Positions 55,125-64,000 of a stretch of DNA of 64,000 nucleotides are shown in pieces. Origin of the DNA: Macrostomum lignano. Lineage: Eukaryota. The stretch is from contig NIVC01000493.1 of the NCBI GenBank assembly GCA_002269645.1, positions 62,001-126,000 on the forward strand, written 5' to 3'. The notes under the pieces are model-generated. The model was not told the origin of the DNA, did no database searches, and saw nothing but the letters and a program-made list of their open reading frames with translations. Both the position numbers and the translations under genes were made by a program. The stretch's first letter is position 1. Each line of letters starts with the position of its first letter.

Positions 55125-55788
55125 CAGTCGCCACCCTCTGATGCTTCAGTCGCTACTCTGATGCTTCAGTCGCTACCCTCTGATGCTTCAGTCGCTACCC
55201 TCTGGTGCTTCAGTTGCTACTCTGATGCTTCAGTCGCTACCCTCTGGTGCTTCAGTTGCTACCCTCTGGTGCTTCAGTCGCTACTCTGATGCTTCAGTCG
55301 CTACCCTCTGATGCTTCAGTCGCTACCCTCTGATGCTTCAGTCGCTACTCTCTGATGCTTCAGTCGCTACCCTCTGATGCTTCAGTCGCTACCCTCTGAT
55401 GCTTCAGTCGCTACTCTCTGATGCTTCAGTCGCTACCCTCTGATGCTTCAGTCGCTACCCTCTGATGCTTCAGTCGCTACCCTCTGATGCTTCAGTCGCT
55501 ACTCTCTGATGCTTCAGTCGCTACCCTCTGGTGCTTCAGTTGCGACCCTCTGATGCTTCAGTCGCTACTCTCTGATGCTTCAGTCGCCACCCTCTGGTGC
55601 TTCAGTTGCGACCCTCTGATGCTTCAGTCGCTACTCTCTGATGCTTCAGTCGCCACCCTCTGGTGCTTCAGTCGCTACTCTCTGATGCTTCAGTCGCTAC
55701 CCTCTGGTGCTTCAGTTGCTACCCTCTGATGCTTCAGTTGTTACCCTCTGATGCTTCAGTCGCTACTCTCTGATGCTTCAGTCGCTAC
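55125..55788. repeat. About 22-bp minisatellite (TGATGCTTCAGTCGCTACCCTC), about 30 copies
   Basis: Direct inspection; 20-22-bp variants. Confidence 0.93.
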
Positions 55789-56827
55789 GCCCTTCTCAAA
55801 CTTACCGAGTGCAGATTTCTCATTTTACACAAGAAAGGCAATGATGTGTTTTACTACTTTAAAATCCGGCAACATGCACCAGATATTATATACATTATAC
55901 AGCCCGCAAGACTGGGCTTACAAAGATAAGCCCACTGCTATTGGTCTGCTCAATGATCGCTCGCTCAAAGCAGATGAGCGCAGTCCCTCCAGTTTTTCCG
56001 GTTCTTCATTTAGTCCCTCTTTCAGGGGTTGCTTGAAAATGCAGCAGCTGCCAAAGGGACTCCGCTGTGTTAATGAACCCCCACGCCCTGTTGTTGCGCA
56101 CTTGAAGAAGAGACGAACAGAGAAAAGCTTGTTTTCTTCGTTTCTTATCGACAGAATCAGAGTGCCGCGCGCTTGGTTTGTGCTTTTAATTATTGATCGA
56201 GCGAGCATCAAAGCTCGACTTCGACAGAGTGCTCCGAGACGCTCACTAAATAGTAGCCGCGCTGTTTGCTGAGAGTTTGCTATGCAATTTTAAGCAGCTG
56301 TCAGGCAGCACTTCGACTATGATATAGACAGGCTGTAATGCGTTGAAGAGAATGCTAATTAGGCCAGTCATTGCTGCCCGATTGTTAAGCCGGGTGTTAA
56401 GCCCTGTTAAAACTGACTGCAATCCATTGCTTGTCTGATCAGTCGAATAGAAACGTTGAGACGTCCCCTCCAGGTCTCTTCCTTTGGGCTAACGAGGAAG
56501 GGAACTGTTGAAGTTGGAATTCTCTTTGACAATCTTGTATGTTTGTAGCAGATTATCTCCTGAATGGCTCAACCGATTTTCACCGTTTCTTCACCAAAAG
56601 ATGTCAAATGTACCCAAATCGATACATGTATTTTTATTAAGCTCCAACTCATTGCTGAAGGGATTACCTATTCGAAAAACTGTTTTAAATATAGGTTTTT
56701 TAGTGTTGAATCCGAGCCAGATTTGTTCATACGTGCGCGCAGCGAGAGACTCCACAGCCAATTTTAATGATTGCATCAGAGCCTGATGCAATGATTGATA
56801 AGAGATCAAGAGGTACATAGCCTGTGC

Positions 56828-57509
56828 CGGGCCACACCGGTTTCCTCGGCAACGAGCGCGCCGACATGCTGGCTAAGGCTGGCTCCACCGGCGCGCTGCT
56901 GGGGCCGGGCCCAAGAGCCCCCACCCCCGCCTCGGTGATCAGTTCCCGCGTTAAGCGCTGGACTGACTCCGAGCATCTCCGCAGGTGGCACAACACCCGG
57001 AATTTTAGGCAATCCCGTGCTGCCGTCCCCTGCCCCTCCTCTCCTGCGTAGAGCCCTCCTCAGGCTCAACCGCAGAGACCTCAGAGCAGTCAGCATGGCC
57101 CTCTCCGGACATGGCTGCTTCTCTCGCCACCGTTTCCTTCAGGGCCAGGTACCCGAGGAGCGGTGCCCCTTCTGCCGCTCAGGCAGTGAAAACGCCGAGC
57201 ACTTTATCTGCCACTGCCCGGTCTTCCCCAGGGCCAGGCTCACTCACCTCGGGCCAAACCCGATTCTCTCCGACGTTTGCAGGCCCGAGAGCATCCCGCT
57301 GCTCGCCCGGTACCTCAGGGACACGGGACGAGCTGAGTTCTTCCCCACCGTCGGTGAGGAGGACCGCGCTGCAGGCGAGACCGACGGGTCCCCCTGAGCG
57401 ACATCACTTCAACGGAAGTCATTGGTCGCCAGGGGCTAGCGGAATGGGCGGTCTCCTCCGCCTCCTCGCTGCATCCGCCGGACGCCCCCTGCAGCTAAGT
57501 CAAGTAAGT
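56828..57509 (+). mobile_element. 5'-truncated I-group LINE (end of RNase H domain, CCHC region, 3' UTR) with 12-bp TSD
   Basis: PGHTGFLGNERADMLAK (RNase H C-terminus) and SGHGCF...CPFC..ENAEHFICHC. Ends ...CAGCTAAGTCAAGTAAGT. CATAGCCTGTGC at 56816-56827 and 57510-57521. Confidence 0.9.
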
Positions 57510-58287
57510 CATAGCCTGTGCGCCCCACTGGCGAGATAATTACTTAATTTAAATTGCCTAATTATACAACAGGCGAGAAATAATTAACTTTTTGGATGCT
57601 GACAGACAGTTTCCCTGCTAGTTGCATCTTAAAAAGATGGGTTCACACCCAGAATTGGCACAATAAAAAATCTTGAGAGCTCTGGGACGGGAAAAGGTTG
57701 ACTAAAACTCGCTATACTGTATGGTTTAATCGTCTCGTTAAGGTGCACTGGTTCTACCTATTTTTCTTATACAATTACGGACAAAAGTATATACTAATTT
57801 ACGAGTACTTATTTTTTCATTTTAAACAGTGTGACATGCTGCAAAAGCCTTGGTGTAACCTCTTCTAAGTGACCTCTAGCCGATCCAGGCTAAACCAGAT
57901 AGTGCCAGATTGGCTGGAAGGGTGAGAGAAAATGGGGTGTGCGCTAGGTCAGGGTCTGGGGTTTTGAAAACATTTTCTAACCCCCTTTACCCCCTTCTGC
58001 CCTAGCCCTGCGCCAAACCTGCTCCCTGATTGGCTGAAAGGTTTTTAAACAGCCTCAAACTAACGAAACCAACCCCACTTGTTAATTATAGTACTAGGCG
58101 CCAAGTTAGTCAAATCAAATTAAATTTGCAGGATTGGGTGAGTCATCGCGTTTTGCTCAGCCTGAAAGGCCTAGGCTAGTGAAAACGTATAAAAATGAGC
58201 CCATCTTGCTGGAATTTTTCTGTACTAGACATTCAGTATTCAGCATAACGGCCAGACCTTTCATCTTTACGTTACATTGCGTTTAGA

Positions 58288-58674
58288 ATGTTGACCGCTC
58301 GGGTAGCAATCTGCTTGGCCTTGTGCCTCGGGCTGGTGAATGCGGCGCCTGTTACTTATGACGATTACAAGGGAGGAAGTCAGTATGGCAACGGCTATGA
58401 CAACGACTATGGCAACGATTATGGAAACGGCTATGGCAATGGCTATGGCAACGGCTACGGCAACGGCTATGGCAACGGATATGGCAACGGCTATGGCAAC
58501 GGCGGCTATGGCAACGGCTATGGCAACGGCTATGGAAACGGCTATAAGATCAAGAAGGTGCCGGCCAAAATATCTTACCAAGAGGTCAAGGTCGAGGAAT
58601 ACGACAAACACGGCAAGCCGCAGGTGGTGGATCGGTACTACAACTACGGCTACGGCAATCAGGCCAAGTACTGA
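58288..58674 (+). CDS. Small secreted Gly/Tyr/Asn-rich protein with (YGNG)n repeats, 128 aa
   Basis: Signal peptide [19 protein letters not shown]; 11 perfect YGNG units with synonymous-site variation; TATA-like TATAAAAA at about 58188. Confidence 0.85.
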   Translation: MLTARVAICLALCLGLVNAAPVTYDDYKGGSQYGNGYDNDYGNDYGNGYGNGYGNGYGNGYGNGYGNGYGNGGYGNGYGNGYGNGYKIKKVPAKISYQEVKVEEYDKHGKPQVVDRYYNYGYGNQAKY

Positions 58675-59709
58675 GGAAGGCTGTTCTCATCTGGCTTCTT
58701 TTTTTTTCTAAGAAATTCACCACCGTGTTGTAACTCTGGAGTGAGCATTTTGTTGGGAGAGTGTAGTTTGAAGTTTGTTTTGTTAGTACAACTATATCTA
58801 GATAAAATATATGTATGCTGCTTAAATTACATATTTTTCCTATTTTATTGATTTATTTTATAAAGTGCTGTTAAAAATTTACCAATTAGTGCTAGGAGCA
58901 AACAAAAAACAAAATGTGAAATTACTTTGGTATTTAAATAACTTAAATAGCTGCACTTTCCTGCCTATACTACTACCAGTAGCGTGCTTCGCTCAAAAAT
59001 TTCTGTCGCTAAAAATGTAATGCAATGTGTAAATGTAATGTGTTGTAAACTTGCAGAAGAAATGACTGACTCTATCTCGATTTTTTCCAGTGTAATATTC
59101 TATGCTTTAATAGAAATTGTCGGTGAGCATCAAAAGGAGAGTAAGAATTAGGGTTCACGGACTACTAAAGTGTCTTTTATAAGCGTCGTCTACTTAAGTA
59201 GTCCATTTTGGGGTTATGCTGGCTTTCAGAGCTGACGCTTTATTTTTGCTTTAAACATAGTTTTCCTTGAAACACTAGCAATAGGGAAGATACATGTAGT
59301 TTATTCAAAAACATTCCTGCTTACGGGGGTAATTGCTGAGATGTCAAGGCTAAGACGTCAGAAGCTACATGTAGTTTATTCAAGAAAAATTATCCCAGAG
59401 GTGGAGGGTGCTGATTGCTAGCTAAATGTAAAATCCTATTTGATCATATTTCCTTGAGTTTGTACATGTAATAGCTTGATGACTTTAGCACTAAAGTTGA
59501 ATTGGTGCCGACTGCTTTGAGGAGAATTATTATATTGCTTTGTGCTTTACACTGTATGGCTCTGCTGCACTGCCTAGACCCTCTTGAGTGCTAAACCCTC
59601 GGAGCCAATCCTCTCCAATCCTTACTACAGAGCTGGGGCTGGCTAAACATGTTGGAAGCCGGCTAGGCGCGATTCTTTTCTGCAGCCTCCCATCGGAGCT
59701 GAGAGCAGC

Positions 59710-60048
59710 TTTGGAGGCACATCGGTCTAGACTCAGTCCCTGGCAGAGCAGCTTGGAGACACATCGGTCTAGACTCAGTCCCTGGCAGAGCAGCTTGGAG
59801 ACACATCGGTCTAGACTCAGTCCCTGGCAGAGCAGCTTGGAGACACATCGGTCTAGACTCAGTCCCTGGCAGAGCAGCTTGGAGACACATCGGTCTAGAC
59901 TCAGTCCCTGGCTGAGCAGCTTAGAGACACATCGGTCTAGACTCAGTCCCTGGCAGAGCAGCTTAGAGACACATCGGTCTAGACTCAGTCCCTGGCAGAG
60001 CAGCTTAGAGACACATCGGTCTAGACTCAGTCCCTGGCAGAGCAGCTA
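59710..60048. repeat. 42-bp minisatellite (GGAGACACATCGGTCTAGACTCAGTCCCTGGCAGAGCAGCTT), about 8 copies
   Basis: Direct inspection. Ends about 12 nt before the acceptor of the CELF exon. Confidence 0.93.
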
Positions 60049-60062
60049 GCTACTCTCCAGAA

Positions 60063-63000
60063 ATGGTTGCCGGTCTTAGTCAACAGCAGCAACAGGAGCC
60101 AGTTGTCTCTTGCCAGGCGACTGGGAAGCAGCAACAACAGCAACAGCAACTGAAGCTGTTCATCGGGCAGATTCCTAGGACGATGACCGAGTCGGATTTA
60201 CTGCCGATGTTTGAAGAGTTTGGCCACATAGTGGAGCTGACTGTTCTGAAGGACCGACGCAGTGGTCTGCACAGAGGTGAGAACCTGCATATAAGGTATC
60301 AAAGTAATGTACGAGCGTGTACTTTTTATGGGATTTGTAACGATATTTAATTTGTGTTTCTGTCGAGTCTCTGTCTCTGTCGAGCAAAGCTACGCTCGTA
60401 CAACGGTGCTCGATACAATTCTATCCTATAATACCAACAACTGACGGACTCACGGCGATTCAATTGGAGTTAGAAACGCATTTCAATAAGCTGTCAGTAA
60501 CTACCCAGTATATCCTAAAAGACCCCCGTTTTTGGTGGTTCGGTCCTTCGATGGAGCGTCGACCGGAATCGATGGATGAAGGAACAGAATGGTTGACCAA
60601 TCTTTCCAAGTCTATTTTTGTTTTTAGAATCGTTTTGCTTCTCTTGCCCATCGTGGCTTTCAATCAGACCCTCTATTTCTTGCCTGTGCAGCAATCCGAC
60701 GTCAAGAATAACGTCATCATCTATCAGCGTAGTGTAAAAATACCCATTTGCCAGAAAGGTCCATCGACGTCCGGTACGTCTACAGACATCGGCGGAGATG
60801 AATTGTAGCCTAGATATATGTGTTCTTTAAATTTGCAGATTTTCAGATCGCGTTGCAATTGATAGATAAATAGCTAAGCTCAGCAGTAGTCTTAGTAACT
60901 CAGTTCATGAACACCGTTTAATAAATGAATACCGCGCCGGCCTGGTCCGGCTAAGCCACCTGTTGCGCTGTCGGCGACTCCAGCTGGCAGGCCACATCAT
61001 TCCCGCCGAGTCCTACTGCCCACAGACGGTGCAGGAGGTGCTGCTGCTGACGCTGCAAGCACCCTACCATCGGGGACAGGCATGCACTCGGCGTTTCGTC
61101 GACTGCCTGCTGGCTGACGTCGGCGCCCCGGATTCAGTCGGCGGCGTGGCTTTTGCTCTCGACTTGGCCCAGAGACGCGCCCTGTCACGTTGCTTTCTAA
61201 AGACCTTGACAGCATATTTTTGTTGTTGTTATTGTTATTAAATTGATTCAGTTTTCAAAAAATGCACCATTCGGGCTTGTCATCGATTTTTTGGGGGCTG
61301 GAATAGTTGCAACAGACCTCGAAGCCAATTTAACCCTGCTCAGTTTATTTTGCATCCTTGATCTGTGCTGCTTTCCAGACTGCCTGCTTGAGGGAGGACG
61401 AGGGGTGTTTCACAAGCTCGAAAAGCCTTTTATAGCTCAATTCCACACTCGCCTATATAGACAGAAATGCCCGTGGGAGTTCCAGAACTGTATTTGGCTA
61501 TGCATGGTGGCCTTACGGTTTCGTGAGCGAGGTGATAATGCTTGCGCGCCCGTATTAGACGCTTTCCCTGCAGGCGCGCTGATCTCTTTCTATGTCCGCT
61601 GCCCGCTGCCCAGCTCATGAATATTCAATATCAGCACACACCGCTGCGTGCCCGCTTCCCACTCACCCCTAGGGGTCAAGTCCCCATCCTTCTTGCCCTT
61701 CCTTTTACCCCTTACCTTCACACTTCTTCCCCTGTGGGTGGGGGGCTTCGATAATCGCAGATGTCATCTGTTGAGTTACTATAATGGACACTCAGAGCTG
61801 AGAGGCTTACAGCGACATCTGGAGAGTGTTTTTGAACAGCTGCTATCTACATAGCTCGTATATTCCTCTGTTTATGCTCAAATATAGAATCTTCGAATTA
61901 CTGAATCCGTTCAAATTCATTCCCAGATCCTGACAAGAGGCGCTTAATGAAACAACTGTTTGAAAAATGACTGATAATGAATCCGCAAATGACTAATGAA
62001 GAGCTGTCAATGCATGGGATATTCGAGCAGACTGGACTTGCTGCAGAGCATAGCAGTCCCAGCCAGGCTACGGGACTGTTGCTGACTGCATGTCTGGACT
62101 TGCTGCAGAGCATAGCAGTCCCAGCCAGGCTACGGGACTGTTGCTGACTGCATGTCTGGACTTGCTGCAGAGCATAGCAGTCCCAGCCAGGCTACGGGAC
62201 TGTTGCTGACTGCATGTCTGGACTTGCTGCAGAGCATAGCTGTCCCAGCCAGGCTACGGGACTGTTGCTGACTGCATGGCTGGACATGATGCAGGGCATA
62301 GCTGTCCCAACCAGGCTACGGGACTGTTGCTGACTGCATGTCTGGACTTGATGCAGGGCATAGCAGTCCCAGCCAGGCTACGGGACTGTTGCTGACTGCA
62401 TGTCTGGACTTGCTGCAGGGCATAGCAGTCCCAGCCAGGCTACGGGACTGTTGCTGACTGCATGTCTGGACTTGATGCAGGGCATAGCAGTCCCAGCCAG
62501 GCTACGGGACTGTTTCAGAAACTGTCGCAGACCCCAGGCAAACACGAGACGCAGGATACGGGGCTGAATGGAGTTGTGTGTCAACATTGGATCGAATGAG
62601 CGGAGAGAGAGAGTGGCTGAGCGACAGACACAGCGGATAGTAATCATCACGTATAACCAGTTCTCTTCCACTTTAAACTTGATGCCAAGGACATGATCGA
62701 TACGTCCTATTATTGCAGTCTGTGCAACCGCGGGCCCTAGCAGCGCTGTACAGAACTGTGTCTGGTTTCATTGTCCGCGATCTGTACCAGTGTGTGTAGA
62801 TAAAATTCTAAGCCATGACAATCGTACCGCATGATGAACCCTTTGCGGCCGCAAAGTCATAGCCGTCATTACTCCAAAAACTTTATTACAAGCCTTTCAA
62901 GCAATTTTCCTATGTCTGGGTCAAACAATTCAGGCTAGGGTACGAATCCATCCAGCTTTCCACTTTTAGAAGAAAATTTTATGCAAGCCAGCTAGCTAAA

Positions 63001-63313
63001 ATTAGTGTTCGATTTTTCAATGATCTATTTTAGCTATGACGTCCGAAGCTATTGTGGCTGCAACACTATTGTTCTGAGAAATCGGTCTTCCGCCCTCCAA
63101 TGTTGGTCTTCCGCCCTCCATTGCTGGTCCTCCGCCCCCTAGAATCTGGTCTTCCACCAACCCCCTCTCGAGCGATATTTCTTACGCCCAAAATAATTTT
63201 GTGATTTCTCTTTGACCACCGGAATTTCAGGCTGCGCCTTTCTCACCTACAGCCAGCCGGAGAGCGCCCAGCAGTGCCAGAGCCTGTTGCACGGTAGCCG
63301 CATCCTCCCAGGG
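60063..63313 (+). CDS. CELF: CELF/Bruno-like RNA-binding protein, RRM1 exons 60063-60276 and 63231-63313 (partial; continues beyond the window)
   Basis: KLFIGQIPR...ELTVLKD..SGLHR|GCAFLTY...LPG matches CELF3-6 RRM1 (RNP2/RNP1). Phase-1 GT-AG join, and the next donor GTGAGT is at 63314. Confidence 0.88.
60930..61239 (+). mobile_element. Short RTE-like LINE 3' fragment with TGT/TAT-type tail in CELF intron
   Basis: [25 protein letters not shown]...RFVDCL is homologous to the C-terminus of the 13560-14468 ORF. Tail TTGTTGTTGTTATTGTTATTA. Confidence 0.8.
62034..62513. repeat. 62-bp minisatellite with an internal inverted repeat, about 8 copies
   Basis: CTGCAGAG at 62041 and 62103. Each unit contains CAGTCCC-AGCCAGGCTAC-GGGACTG. 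Confidence 0.92.
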
Positions 63314-63510
63314 GTGAGTGAGTCCTCCCAGCCGGCTTCAACCACAAGCCCAGAGCTCCAGAGCTTGACGCACTACTGACTCCATGCTATTGACAATTTC
63401 AGTAGTAGATGATGGTTACTGGATTTTTGGGTGGTTCAGCAATTTTTTTCAGAACAGTATTTTTACTGATTCTTAATTATCCTTGACTCTCTCGGTTCTG
63501 CAGAAATTTC

Positions 63511-63586
63511 CGTCTGTCTGTCTGTCTTAGTGTCTGTCTGTCTGTCTGTCTGTCTTAGTGTCTTAGTGTCTGTCTGTCTGTCTTAG

Positions 63587-63651
<65 letters not shown>

Positions 63652-63674
63652 TAGTGTCTGTCTGTCTGTCTTAG

Positions 63675-63743
<69 letters not shown>

Positions 63744-63744
63744 T

Positions 63745-63790
<46 letters not shown>
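63511..63790. repeat. (TGTC)n microsatellite with TTAG interruptions
   Basis: Direct inspection. Confidence 0.95.
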
Positions 63791-63791
<1 letters not shown>

Positions 63792-64000
63792 CGGTGCCTG
63801 TCTGTTTTACGTATTCTATGATTCGTTCAGCTCCGCCCCTCTTCCTGTTGAGTCCGGAGCAGCGCAGGGGAATAATTAGTTCTCTATCCGCACACAGTTG
63901 GTTGTTAATTTTTCCGAGTGCCACCGGATCAGCACGCGCCTCAGCTTCTCCGCCCCATCAAAGCCCCAATGCTGAGTGAAACATGATGAAGCCACTGCGC

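Noticed and set aside
59588-60049. [14 protein letters not shown] repeat ORF as an N-terminal extension of CELF
   Set aside because: Starts at GTG, stops before the CELF exon, and is a near-invariant 42-bp array upstream of an acceptor at 60060.

Overview
Eukaryotic (metazoan) genomic DNA with GC3-rich exons, GT-AG introns and AT-rich spacers packed with unrelated mini- and microsatellites. This style suggests a free-living flatworm such as Macrostomum, but that is an inference and not provable here. Supportable genes: PPP2R3C, a hyccin/FAM126 homologue, a GM2-activator-like ML-domain protein, a two-LIM CSRP/MLP protein, a PLAC8/cornifelin-like protein, two tandem intronless PPEF/rdgC phosphatases, an OSBPL10/11-like gene, an ODF3/SHIPPO-repeat gene, an orphan rhodopsin-class GPCR, an unrecognised Q/E/K-repeat coiled-coil gene, a GRD-like Cys-loop receptor subunit, a small secreted (YGNG)n protein and the first two coding exons of a CELF/Bruno-like gene. 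Mobile DNA: three RTE-like LINE 3' fragments (one with a clean 12-bp TSD), two RNase H/CCHC I-group LINE fragments (one with a 12-bp TSD), two tRNA-derived SINE families, and a 1,074-bp solo LTR inserted into a satellite with a 4-bp TSD. There are no true tRNA, rRNA or CRISPR features. I found no convincing wholly new multi-gene system. The best leads are the PPEF pair (apparent gene-conversion tracts; only one copy has the acylation motif), the GRD-like channel with an unusual pore (ADR, 6' Met), the (YGNG)n secreted protein, the solo LTR in the satellite, and a possible operon-like junction at about 48.0 kb. Exon boundaries were read by eye. Repeat boundaries are approximate.
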